Part shown: piece by piece, positions 52,443-62,172 of the stretch
Layout: each line of letters opens with the position of its first letter
How positions within the stretch are numbered: position 1 is the stretch's first letter
NCBI GenBank assembly: GCA_963735035.1
Contig: CAVTJJ010000004.1
Location: forward strand, 224,001 to 288,000
Direction of reading: 5' to 3'
Source: an uncultured candidate division Zixibacteria bacterium
GTDB lineage: Bacteria > Zixibacteria > MSB-5A5 > GN15 > FEB-12
DNA: 64,000 nucleotides
Position numbers and translations under genes: made by a program
Notes under the pieces: generated by a model
Told to the model about the DNA's origin: nothing
Databases searched by the model: none
The model's input: only the letters and a program-made list of their open reading frames with translations

Positions 52443-53822
52443 TCAGCGCCGGGGCGGCGGCGGTATTTCGCAGATTACATACCGCGTCTTCCCTGACGGT
52501 GCCTGCGGAATGCTATCCACAACTTCAAAGGCCACTGTAACTTCGGGGCCCAGGATGGTCTTCATGTTCTGCTCGAGAAAACTGAAAGTCTCCTGTGTCG
52601 GCGTGGGCTTGTCGGTCAGGCGGATCAGAAAATGAGTAAGAGACTTCTGGATGAACTGCATCTGGCCCACCGCCACGTCGTCGTGACCGGTAGTCAGGTG
52701 AATGCCCAGTACGTTTCCGCTATGGCGCGTGCCGTCCGGGCTGTAGATACAGTCAAGGACCCTCCCGACTGTCGCGTCCATGCGAGTGAGCCCCCGACCA
52801 CAAGAGCAATCTCCGGAGAGCGGGACGCCGTAATCGTTGATCCGGTAACGGATGAGCGGCATCCCGTAGTTGGTCAGGTCGGTGATGAGCATCTCACCTT
52901 CTTCACCGGGCGCCACCGCTTTGCCGTCCACTACGAATTCAACCAGACTGCTTTCCATGGCGATATGCAGTCCCCGGTGCGCCGAGCATTCCGCCGCCGT
53001 GTTGCCGACCTCACGCGAGCCATACATGTCGTGCACCGGACATTGGAAAACTTCTTCCATCGTCTTTCGATGCGCCGCATAGAGAACCTCACCGGTCGCC
53101 ATGATTCCCCGTACGCGCGGCAGCGGCAGGTTGTAGGTCTGAGCCATCTCGATAAACGAATAGAACGATACCGGAAAGACCTTAAGATATTGAGGTCGGA
53201 ATTTACAGAGTTGGTCAGCGATCCGTCGCGCCGTGGCTTCGTTCAGGCTGCCGCCCGGTATCATTTCCAGACGGAATATGTGCCGCTGGGCAAATTTTGT
53301 CTTCCAGCTCTCATGTTCCGGATAGTCGATATGCGCCGGCCAAAACAGGGCGATCTTGTCGCAGGGCTGACAACCCATCAGCCCTTCGTGACGCCAGGCC
53401 AGAGCCTGCTTGATATTGAAACTCTCCTGGTCGGCGTACAATTTGGCCTGCTGTCCGGTAGTGCCCCCGGTATAATGCACCAGCAGTTTGTCTTTCTTGT
53501 AGCGGCTCGATATCAGCTCGTCGGCATGGCCGTAAACGTCATCCCGTGAGAGAATCGGAAAGCGCGATATATCATCAAGCGATTTCAACGAAGCGGGGGC
53601 GAGTCCGTGTGCGTCGAAAGTTCGACGATAGAACGCACAGGTATCGTATGCGTGTCGAAGCAATTCCTTCAGATGCTGGAATTGGTAATCCAGCAATTGC
53701 TGCCGCGACCAGAATTGACTCTGATCGTAGAACTTCTTGTGACGGAGCGCCGATGAGCGGTTGTAGCGCTTGAGCATAAAAGGCAACGCGGTGTGGCGAA
53801 GAAAGGCCGAATACAGACTCAT
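52443..53822 (-). CDS. Phenylacetate-CoA ligase family / CapK-like adenylate-forming enzyme
   Basis: TGGTTG, TGE, YGSREVG, ITDLTNYGMPLIRYRIND, SGKTR. Confidence 0.9.
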   Translation of the reverse strand: MSLYSAFLRHTALPFMLKRYNRSSALRHKKFYDQSQFWSRQQLLDYQFQHLKELLRHAYDTCAFYRRTFDAHGLAPASLKSLDDISRFPILSRDDVYGHADELISSRYKKDKLLVHYTGGTTGQQAKLYADQESFNIKQALAWRHEGLMGCQPCDKIALFWPAHIDYPEHESWKTKFAQRHIFRLEMIPGGSLNEATARRIADQLCKFRPQYLKVFPVSFYSFIEMAQTYNLPLPRVRGIMATGEVLYAAHRKTMEEVFQCPVHDMYGSREVGNTAAECSAHRGLHIAMESSLVEFVVDGKAVAPGEEGEMLITDLTNYGMPLIRYRINDYGVPLSGDCSCGRGLTRMDATVGRVLDCIYSPDGTRHSGNVLGIHLTTGHDDVAVGQMQFIQKSLTHFLIRLTDKPTPTQETFSFLEQNMKTILGPEVTVAFEVVDSIPQAPSGKTRYVICEIPPPPRR

Positions 53823-53823
53823 C

Positions 53824-54756
53824 TCAGGCTCCCATCCACCATATCTTGAGCAATCGCCCGTAGAACTGCCGACCTTCGGACGCGCTCGCACTTCCCATGA
53901 CCAGCTTCAAAGTGGCAAATAGATAAGACCAGCAGATGAAGGGTAGATAGATCAGCTTGAAGAGGGGATAGCGTCCAGAATGATGTTTTCTGAAGAACAG
54001 TTGTCGGCTGCGAAAGAAATTCGCTTCCGAATCCATCCAACCCCGTTTCTTCCGGCTGACTCCCACCAGATGCACTACCTCGGTACCGGGAAGATAATAT
54101 CCGAAGAGTCCCAGCCTGCGCATGCGGAGGAAATAATCGACTTCCTCGGAAAACAGAAAGTAATCCTCGGCCAACACACCTACCTTCTTGACAACATCGC
54201 CGCGAATAATTAGACAGGCCGCCGAAAGCACTTCGGATTCGGTCGGCTGAGTGAGCGTGGTCCAGTCAACCGGCGCCGCGGCCAACAGTCTTCGAAACAG
54301 GCCGTTGAACGGCTCAAAATGGCTCGCCAGACAATATCGAAGCTCACCGTGAAGGGTCGGCAGTTTCTTGAGAGGCGCCTCGACAATTCCTTCGGCGTTC
54401 TTTAGTTTTGGTCCCGCCGCGCCCACGTCCGGATGGCTCACCATGTATTCGTACATCTCGCGAATGGAATTGCGGGGCACGATGGTATCGGTATTCAGAA
54501 GCAGATAGTACTCCGCCTCAACCGTTTTCAATATCTGATTGTTTGCCCGCGCAAAACCGACATTCTCGGTGTTGACAATCAGCTTCACCTGCGGAAATTC
54601 AGAGCGAAGCATCGCAACCGAATCATCGCTGGAGGCGTTATCCACCATCCACACTTCAGCGTCGAGGCCTTCCAAAGCCGTGAACACCGTCTTCAGGCAG
54701 TCGCGAGTCAGAGCGCAGGTGTTCCAGTTGACCATGACCACGGCCAGTTGGGTCAT
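53824..54756 (-). CDS. GT2 glycosyltransferase
   Basis: VNWNT, VDNASSD, NVGFARANN, LLLNTD, EEVDY. Confidence 0.92.
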   Translation of the reverse strand: MTQLAVVMVNWNTCALTRDCLKTVFTALEGLDAEVWMVDNASSDDSVAMLRSEFPQVKLIVNTENVGFARANNQILKTVEAEYYLLLNTDTIVPRNSIREMYEYMVSHPDVGAAGPKLKNAEGIVEAPLKKLPTLHGELRYCLASHFEPFNGLFRRLLAAAPVDWTTLTQPTESEVLSAACLIIRGDVVKKVGVLAEDYFLFSEEVDYFLRMRRLGLFGYYLPGTEVVHLVGVSRKKRGWMDSEANFFRSRQLFFRKHHSGRYPLFKLIYLPFICWSYLFATLKLVMGSASASEGRQFYGRLLKIWWMGA

Positions 54757-55715
54757 CAGGCGCTCACTCTCTCCTGAAGCCAGGTGGTAATCATGTCGAA
54801 CAACTGGCGACTCGATTCCAAGCTGGAGAAGGTATGGTTTGACTTGGGAATTCGAACAATGCGGTGCAGTGACTGGCAATCGGCATACCGACGCGTAAAC
54901 GAATTCAGAAACACGCGGTCAAAATCGTAGGTAGCGCGGTCCAACTCGGGCATAACAAACAATACCTGCTTGCCGGACTTGAGCAGACGATCAAGCGCCG
55001 CGAGATAGATCCGATTGAGCAGGCTCCCCTTGTCTTCCGTGGCGGGCGGCGATACGAGGTCTTCTTGCTTGCGGGGCCGGAACCGTGAGAGAACGTCGTG
55101 TGCTTTCGTCTTGACTGAATTGAACATATCCCGGTAGTCCGACTGACCGGTAACAAACCGCCACCAGGCTTTGGGATTGAACGCCCGATGCGCGTACATC
55201 GATAACATCTGGTCAGCCTGGAAGACGTGCATGGTGGAGAGCTCGACCTCGGCCGAGGTCACCGTCACCGGACCCGCGATGAAAACCACGCCGTCGGTCT
55301 TGCCGTCGCTGGCGGCGGTGATAGTCGCGGTCAGAGCGCCCCCGCACAGTCCGGCGAAGAATAATTTCGTGGGTTGAAATCGTTCGCGCAGGTAGGCCAG
55401 AAGCTCCTCTGAATCTTCGCGGAACAGACCGGTCTGGACGGCGTCGTACATATCAATAGCCCGCTCGGTTACGATTTCCCCCTGGCTGTAGCCGATTCGA
55501 GTAGGATCAAACCTGACTACCGTGAATCCGAGTCCTTGCAGATGGCGGGCGAGGCGCACGAACATTCGCGAGTGCGACGTCCGATAGTGCAGCCCTATAT
55601 TGAACAGCACGACCAGCCCGCCGTTGGACCGCTCGGGGGGATGCACGATGCCGTGCATTTCCTGGCCGACTCTATTGGTGAGACTAAAGCACGTTTCCGA
55701 AAAAGCCATTGGCAT
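54756..55715 (-). CDS. Alpha/beta hydrolase, exosortase A-associated hydrolase 1-like
   Basis: YRTSHSRMFVRLAR.L...G..VVRFD, elbow GLCGGA, NHTFS. Confidence 0.8.
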   Translation of the reverse strand: MPMAFSETCFSLTNRVGQEMHGIVHPPERSNGGLVVLFNIGLHYRTSHSRMFVRLARHLQGLGFTVVRFDPTRIGYSQGEIVTERAIDMYDAVQTGLFREDSEELLAYLRERFQPTKLFFAGLCGGALTATITAASDGKTDGVVFIAGPVTVTSAEVELSTMHVFQADQMLSMYAHRAFNPKAWWRFVTGQSDYRDMFNSVKTKAHDVLSRFRPRKQEDLVSPPATEDKGSLLNRIYLAALDRLLKSGKQVLFVMPELDRATYDFDRVFLNSFTRRYADCQSLHRIVRIPKSNHTFSSLESSRQLFDMITTWLQERVSA

Positions 55716-56565
55716 TCAAATATCCCAGGGTCTCGGAAAAGAGGAGCGGCGGCGCAGGCTGCCAGATTTCGGTCTTTTCCCATTCGAATTCCCGAGGCAG
55801 CGCTTTCAGGGTGACATTCTTCATCGCTGTTTGCAACTCCGTGTACTCGGGGCGGATCTTCGCGGGATTGCCGGATATTTGCAGCACCAGGGTGTGGCCA
55901 TCCCGCTCGAACTGGTGCCCGGTCAGGCCGGTTTTCGACGCCGTAAAGAAGAAGTCGCCGGTCAGGTTATATCCCTCGACAGTCAACACTTCGCCGGCTT
56001 CAAGATCTTTGACCAATTGATCACGATTACGCACCACTGCTCCCTCAGTGAGCATCTGCGACGCCAGATGCGAGCGAAGGTGATCGCGGAAATAGCGGGT
56101 GCTGTCGACCACCGGTTCCCACATGACGAGGACATCCGGTCGTAGTTCTTCGGCTACCAGGGCGGCAAGAGTCGCTCCCCAACGGAGCCCCATCAACCCC
56201 ATAATTCGGGCGCCGGTTTTCGCCTGAGCATCGCGATAGACCGCCTTGATATCGAGCAGGCGATCTTCGAGACGGGCATCTTCGAACTCGCCCTCGCTGT
56301 CGCCGTCACCGTAATAGTCGAAACAAACCGCCGCCGCGCCCTGGGCCGCAATTGCCCGGGCCATAGACACATAAACGCGCTGCGTGCGGACTTTTTCCTC
56401 GGCGAGGGGGCTGCATAGAATCATGCAGGAAGAAACCGCGCCCCTCGGAAGATAGTCAGCGCGAAACAGATGTTTGCCGTCGTGTTCAAAAAACCGGTGC
56501 CCTTCCCGAAACGCCGGGCTGGGCATGTTGACGTTTTTGAAATCTACCTGCATTAGTTCTTCCAA
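55684..56565 (-). CDS. Alpha/beta hydrolase, exosortase A-associated hydrolase 2-like
   Basis: PLAEEK, FDYYGDGDSEGEF, elbow GLRWGATLA, WEPV, VEGY.L. Confidence 0.82.
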   Translation of the reverse strand: MEELMQVDFKNVNMPSPAFREGHRFFEHDGKHLFRADYLPRGAVSSCMILCSPLAEEKVRTQRVYVSMARAIAAQGAAAVCFDYYGDGDSEGEFEDARLEDRLLDIKAVYRDAQAKTGARIMGLMGLRWGATLAALVAEELRPDVLVMWEPVVDSTRYFRDHLRSHLASQMLTEGAVVRNRDQLVKDLEAGEVLTVEGYNLTGDFFFTASKTGLTGHQFERDGHTLVLQISGNPAKIRPEYTELQTAMKNVTLKALPREFEWEKTEIWQPAPPLLFSETLGYLNANGFFGNVL

Positions 56566-57258
56566 AGTATAGTCTTGTAATACCTTCTCTCTACCGTTTT
56601 TCGTCAGCCGTCAATATTCCTTAACCCGGATGATTCTCTCAGGTGGTCGGATGTCTCGCCAACGACTTTTCAGTCATCGAAAGAGGCCTTTTCTGTGGGC
56701 TGTCGCGAAGCTTATACAAGTCGCGCTGATGCTGTTTCCTCTGAAATCCTCAGCTTTGCCGGTTCGCCCAGGAGGCTATTGAAGTCATCCCGATGCTACC
56801 AGGCCAAGGCGCCGATTGAACCAAGATCTGACGCGAATACCAAATTGGCACTGAATAGAGAGGTTTTCCTGAGCGACTTCATGTCCTGTCGTCTCCCTGA
56901 CAAGACCAACCGATTCTTGACTGCAACTCCTGTTCCGGCAAGAATATACGGCACTTGCCGAACCAGTTCAAGCCCCAATTGGATCCCCAATCGAGCTTTG
57001 ATTCTACGAAATCTTCTTTTGGCAATTTGGCGCCCTGAGAGTACTCACCTGGGTACAATAGCTGTGCGAAATTTGCACAGTAGGCTTACCGGCTCCGGAG
57101 CGTGGTCATATCTGAGAGTAGCCTATGTCACCGGGGTAAAGAATCAACTAAGTTGACGCGGGCCGGTTGTCGATTAATAGAGAGATAGCGAGTATTGTGG
57201 CCAAAACAGGCCGCGGTTCCCGATTTTCGGGCGGCGGCCAAGACGGACATAAATCAGA

Positions 57259-59157
57259 ATGAACCACCTCTTCGTCACAGAAAAAGCTGCGCTGAGCCAC
57301 CGGACGGCCGGCTCGCCACACGTTTGCCCGCGCGCGAATATCTTCGGGCTGGTTGCTTTCGCGGCACTTCTCGGTCTGGTCGCCAGTCCGGTGGACGCCC
57401 AAACGCCGACCGCTCCGGTCCTGGTCACCACCAGCAGCGTTCAGGGAGCAACGCTGGGGATTCCCCGTTGGAAGGGGTACATGTCGCCCACCAACCCGGA
57501 TAAATTCTGGCTGAGCTTCGCCAACGACGGCAGCACCAATAACATGAGTTACACCACCAACGCCGGTGCGACCTGGAGCAGCAACACCATCACAATCGGC
57601 GCTTACATGGATTATCACCTGTCGCTTTCCGGCCGCAACGACGACCTATATTTCACTTTTCCTTCATCCGTATCTAATGCCATCGGGTTCCGGCATTTCA
57701 GTTCCCCCGCCGAGTCTATCGCCGACGCCGGCAGCCTGGTTACCTTTCCCGGCACGAGCGCCAATCACCGCTCAAGCGTCATGGTGCAAAATAATGGCCG
57801 TATCTGGGTATTCACCCGTCTGGGCAATTCCGCCGCGGAGAACGTTCTTTATCAGTACTCCGACAATGGTGGGTCCACCTGGACTTCCGGCACCGCCGTC
57901 GCCACCGGAGCGGCCAATGTCAGAATCGGATCGATGCCCTATGTCAACGGCAACCCTGTCCTCGTGGTGCTGCATCTCGAAGATGCCCGGGGGTATGAAT
58001 ATTATCTCTGGAACGGGTCGAGTTTTCAGGCGATGCCTGACCATTCGATCTATGCCGGCAATTTCGGCTACGATCGCTGCTTCACCCACAACCAGATCAA
58101 CGATACGGTAATGCACCTGGTATTCGGGGAAGGCACCAATCTTCGTCACGTCTGGAAGAACTACGCCAACGGAACCGGCACCTGGAATACGTCGATTATC
58201 GCCACCGAGGCCAACAACGGCAGTATCGAATGGTATCCTACCAGTACGGTGAGGGGCAACGAGCTGTATGTGTTCTATTGCCGCAGATCATCGGCCGACG
58301 ATGCCACCTCGCGCATCTATTACAAACGCTGGTCACAGGCTTCACAGACGTGGAGTTCCGAGTATCAGGTATCCACTCAGACCTATTCGCGCGATCCGAA
58401 CACCTGTTTTCACGTGCCGGCCACGGCCGACTACATCCCGGTCTTTTACGGGGCGGGCGCGGGTCCCTACAGCATCTATTTCTCCAAGATTTCGGTGACT
58501 CCCGCTTTGACCGATACAATCCCGCCGGACAGTATTGACGATCTCGGCGCGGCTCCTCAGTCAGACGGTGCAGTTACGCTTCAATGGAGCGCGACCGGAG
58601 ACAACGGGAGTGTTGGAACCGCGGCCTCTTATGATATTCGCTACTCGCTGGTGCCTCTCCAGGAATCGAACTGGTCCGACGCGACCCCGCTCGGTAATAC
58701 CCCCAGTCCCGACATAGCCGGTCAGCCGGAATCGTATACCGTCTCCGACCTGCCACCGGGAGTGGTCTATTTTGCGATCAAGTCGGTTGACCACGCGGGC
58801 AACCTTTCGCCTATTTCCAACCTGGCCCTGGTGCTGGTGTCCGACGTAAACGACCCTGATCATGACATCCTGCTGCCGGATCACACGGCCCTGGCGGCCA
58901 TTTATCCAAATCCGTTCAATTCCGATGCCCGGATTGACTATCAGGTTGCTACGGCATCCGTGGTAACGATTCGGGTCTATAACGTCCTGGGCCAGGAAGT
59001 CAAATCCCTGGTTGACGGCCCCCGGTCGAGCGGGAGGTACCAGGTCTTCTGGGACGGCACGGATGACCGGGGAAGCCCGGTAGCCTCGGGCGTCTATTTT
59101 TGCCGTCTCGCAGCCTCCGAAGTCACCGATGTCCGCAAATTAGTGTATCTAAAGTAG
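57259..59157 (+). CDS. Secreted BNR/Asp-box protein + FN3 + FlgD/T9SS-type C-terminal domain
   Basis: Signal peptide; YSDNGGSTWT; DTIPPDSIDDL..WSATGDNG; IYPNPFN..YNVLGQEV..WDG.D..G..VASGVYF..RKLVYLK. Confidence 0.85.
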   Translation: MNHLFVTEKAALSHRTAGSPHVCPRANIFGLVAFAALLGLVASPVDAQTPTAPVLVTTSSVQGATLGIPRWKGYMSPTNPDKFWLSFANDGSTNNMSYTTNAGATWSSNTITIGAYMDYHLSLSGRNDDLYFTFPSSVSNAIGFRHFSSPAESIADAGSLVTFPGTSANHRSSVMVQNNGRIWVFTRLGNSAAENVLYQYSDNGGSTWTSGTAVATGAANVRIGSMPYVNGNPVLVVLHLEDARGYEYYLWNGSSFQAMPDHSIYAGNFGYDRCFTHNQINDTVMHLVFGEGTNLRHVWKNYANGTGTWNTSIIATEANNGSIEWYPTSTVRGNELYVFYCRRSSADDATSRIYYKRWSQASQTWSSEYQVSTQTYSRDPNTCFHVPATADYIPVFYGAGAGPYSIYFSKISVTPALTDTIPPDSIDDLGAAPQSDGAVTLQWSATGDNGSVGTAASYDIRYSLVPLQESNWSDATPLGNTPSPDIAGQPESYTVSDLPPGVVYFAIKSVDHAGNLSPISNLALVLVSDVNDPDHDILLPDHTALAAIYPNPFNSDARIDYQVATASVVTIRVYNVLGQEVKSLVDGPRSSGRYQVFWDGTDDRGSPVASGVYFCRLAASEVTDVRKLVYLK

Positions 59158-59485
59158 CCTTCCGCCGGCGCCCGTCACGCGGGCTCGTCTCCGTACCCTC
59201 TCCAAAATCTGTCGCGTTCAATTGAGGACAAAGTACTCTGTCCGAAACTCAAATGTCGACCCAATTTATCTATTATCGTTCAGGCGGGTAACGGATTGGG
59301 CGCTCCGCGCCAGCTCGATCTTATTCTACATGAAAATGCTGTTTGGTCCCCGAGATATCAAATTGTTGGTGACCTTTGGCGCCCTTTACTGTTATACTCG
59401 CGGTGGATTCATGTGAGAATCCGATCCGAACAGCAGTAAGGGCTTCTATAGTCAACCATTTCACACAAAGGTCGACAATTAACCA

Positions 59486-60640
59486 ATGTTGAAGCGCCTG
59501 GCAGTTATCATAGTAGCGCTGGCTATCGTAGTGGGTTACTACGGCTGGCACAAGCTCTACTCGGGGAATACCTTCATCTGGCTGTCGGATTATCTATTCC
59601 ATAGCCCTTCTTTCACGCCGCAGGATAAGACTGTCGATATAATCTTCACCGTTGTCGATCACTGGGAACCGGGTGGCCATGAAGAGCCGATGAAGGCATG
59701 GATGGGTCCGTATCGACAGTTGGCTGATAAGCACATCGACGCCGACGGTGTTAAACTACAGCATTCCTGGTTCTATCCGATCGACCAGTTCCGTGGTTTT
59801 GAAGTCGACAGTCTGGTCAAGATGAGCCGGGAGGGATACGGTGACGTGGAAGTCCACCTGCATCACACGGGTGATGATTCCGTGTCGTTGCGACGGAAAT
59901 ATGTCGATGGCATCGACTCGCTTCAGGCGCACGGGGCACTTATTTCGCCCGATGGCCGCGTGCATTTCGCTTTCGTTCATGGCAACTGGGCGCTGGACAA
60001 CTCACGGATGAACGGCACCCATGACTACTGCGGCGTCAATAACGAGATTACGATACTACAACAACTGGGCTGTTTCGCCGATTTCACGTTCCCGTCGCTA
60101 GGTCAGACCTCGCAGCCGTCGCTGGTCAACAAGATCTACTACTGCAAGGACGATCCGATCAAACCAAAATCGTACGACAGCGGGATCCAGTCGTCAGTCG
60201 GCCTGGTCACGCAACCGAATCAATTCATGATCTTTGAAGGCCCCCTGGTAATAGACTGGCATAATTGGCAATTCATTACGCATCCGGACTTTGAGGATGG
60301 GAATCTGTACTGGGAGGTCAAGAGTTCCCTGCACCGATTCGAAGACTGGCTCAGTGCCGATGTCCATGTGGAAGGGCGCCCCAACTGGGTCTTTGTGCGA
60401 CCTTTTACACACGGTTGTTCACTCCACAAGCCGGAAGATTATTCGAATATCCTCGGTGACAATTTCAACCAGATGTTGACCGACATGGAGAAGAACTACA
60501 ACGATGGCACCCGCTATCGTCTGCACTATATGACCGCCCGCGAGGCGTACAACGTGGCCAGAGCGGCCCAGGCCGGGCTCGACGGTAATCCCAATGATTA
60601 CCGCGACTACGAAATCAAACCCTATAATTACAGTCGTTAA
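59486..60640 (+). CDS. Membrane-anchored hypothetical protein, possible polysaccharide deacetylase-like metalloenzyme
   Basis: N-terminal TM helix; DHWEP, EVHLHH, HGNWALDNS, ADFTFPS, THG, HYMTAREAYN. Confidence 0.65.
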   Translation: MLKRLAVIIVALAIVVGYYGWHKLYSGNTFIWLSDYLFHSPSFTPQDKTVDIIFTVVDHWEPGGHEEPMKAWMGPYRQLADKHIDADGVKLQHSWFYPIDQFRGFEVDSLVKMSREGYGDVEVHLHHTGDDSVSLRRKYVDGIDSLQAHGALISPDGRVHFAFVHGNWALDNSRMNGTHDYCGVNNEITILQQLGCFADFTFPSLGQTSQPSLVNKIYYCKDDPIKPKSYDSGIQSSVGLVTQPNQFMIFEGPLVIDWHNWQFITHPDFEDGNLYWEVKSSLHRFEDWLSADVHVEGRPNWVFVRPFTHGCSLHKPEDYSNILGDNFNQMLTDMEKNYNDGTRYRLHYMTAREAYNVARAAQAGLDGNPNDYRDYEIKPYNYSR

Positions 60641-60668
60641 GTGCCGGAGTCTTAGTTGTCTGGTCGCG

Positions 60669-62000
60669 CTACTTTGTGGCGGCATTCATAATTTCGGCCA
60701 GTTTACGGGATTGCGCTCGCCGGTCAAATTCTTCTGGTATCCGCAATGCGGATTGGGGCGCCCCATCAGCCCGTTGCCATTTAGAGTAGGCGTCTGTCAG
60801 ATATCCTACCGCAGTTTCAATATCGGGTCCGGTCACACAGTATCCGGGGCTGTGGCGGTCGATTAGCTGCTTGGCTTCACCTTCCGGCACCAAAGCCAGA
60901 ATCGGCCTCCCGGTAGCAATATACTCGAATAGCTTAGCTGGAATAACCCCTGCGACTTCGTCACCAAAGCCGAGTATCAGCAGGAGTAAATCGGCCGCCC
61001 ACAACTGAGTCAGGACCTCATGATGGGGTACGTGCGGTGTGAAACTAATCATAGCGCGAACTCGTGAATCGGTGATGAAACTCTCCGCGCCGGGCGTGTT
61101 GCCAATGAACTTAATTTCACACTGGCTTGAAGCTTCTGGACATTTTTCGATGAAAGCCTTGACGGCATTGAAGAAGAACGACGGGTCACGCCGTCCGTAC
61201 AGCGATCCCAGATGAAGGATTGTGAAGCGTTTGTTCTTTTCCGTCGGGAACTTTACCCCTCGGAAGTCATCGGCGTCGAGACCGTTGGTAATGGTGTGCA
61301 CCCGGCCGGGGTCTAAGCCACGGTTGTGGAGTCTGATGGAATCCGAGAACTTATCAGACGCGGTCGTTACGGCGGAGGAACGGGCCAGCACTTTTCGTTC
61401 CACCCAGCTATCCACGCGCTTGAGAGCCGACGGCCGGTCCAAGAGATCATAAGCTTCGTTCTGAGTCCACAGATCGCGGAAATCCACAACATGGGGTATT
61501 CTCAGCAATCCCGCAATCTGGGCGCCGATCACATGAGCCGAGGCAGGGGGAGAGGTAGACAGGACCAGATCGATACCTTCCTTCCTCACCGCTCTAATCC
61601 CCGTAGCAGTCCCGAACGGAATCCAGAGGCTGCTTGAATCGGGCGTGGAGAGAGTCTGGCGGATAAGTCGCTTCAGCCCTGACCCCGCCGCAGGCGATGG
61701 CGGCGCAGAGGCTTCCTGTTTCTTTGCACCGTCTGGCTTCTCGACGGATTTTGACTTGGCCGCACCTCGCCGATCCCACCACATGAAAGGATCCCAGGCG
61801 CGGGATCGATACACTTTCAATTCAGGATCGAGATCTCTGGCAAGGGCCTCATCTTTCGCATAGTTGAACCCGGTTTTGACCGTAAGGACAACCGGCTGCC
61901 AGCCAAACTGCGGAAGGAATTTGCAAAACTTGATGACCCGATAGACGCCGACTGCGGCCATTGGGGGAAAGGCATAGGAAATGATCAGTACTTTCTTCAC
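60669..62000 (-). CDS. GT4 glycosyltransferase
   Basis: ISYAFPP..GV.R..KF.KFL..FGW, TSPP, DFRDLW, TNG.D, PAKLFEY. Confidence 0.9.
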   Translation of the reverse strand: MKKVLIISYAFPPMAAVGVYRVIKFCKFLPQFGWQPVVLTVKTGFNYAKDEALARDLDPELKVYRSRAWDPFMWWDRRGAAKSKSVEKPDGAKKQEASAPPSPAAGSGLKRLIRQTLSTPDSSSLWIPFGTATGIRAVRKEGIDLVLSTSPPASAHVIGAQIAGLLRIPHVVDFRDLWTQNEAYDLLDRPSALKRVDSWVERKVLARSSAVTTASDKFSDSIRLHNRGLDPGRVHTITNGLDADDFRGVKFPTEKNKRFTILHLGSLYGRRDPSFFFNAVKAFIEKCPEASSQCEIKFIGNTPGAESFITDSRVRAMISFTPHVPHHEVLTQLWAADLLLLILGFGDEVAGVIPAKLFEYIATGRPILALVPEGEAKQLIDRHSPGYCVTGPDIETAVGYLTDAYSKWQRADGAPQSALRIPEEFDRRAQSRKLAEIMNAATK

Positions 62001-62172
62001 ACACGGTCCTTGGCCGAGTTGGCAACAATCGGCATCAGGGAGTATTATATCGGCAGTTAGCGACCGGGGTAAAGTATTTAGCGTGGCGGACCGACCAGAA
62101 TTTATGAAGCTTGACTTGGAAGTTAGTGTCTCGTTTCATTGAAACATTGTGAATTAACGGAAGAAAAGCCCA

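Noticed and set aside
56566..57258. Gene or riboswitch in the ~700-bp divergent intergenic region
   Set aside because: ORF 56695-57156 has no convincing RBS or motifs, and I recognised no RNA motif.
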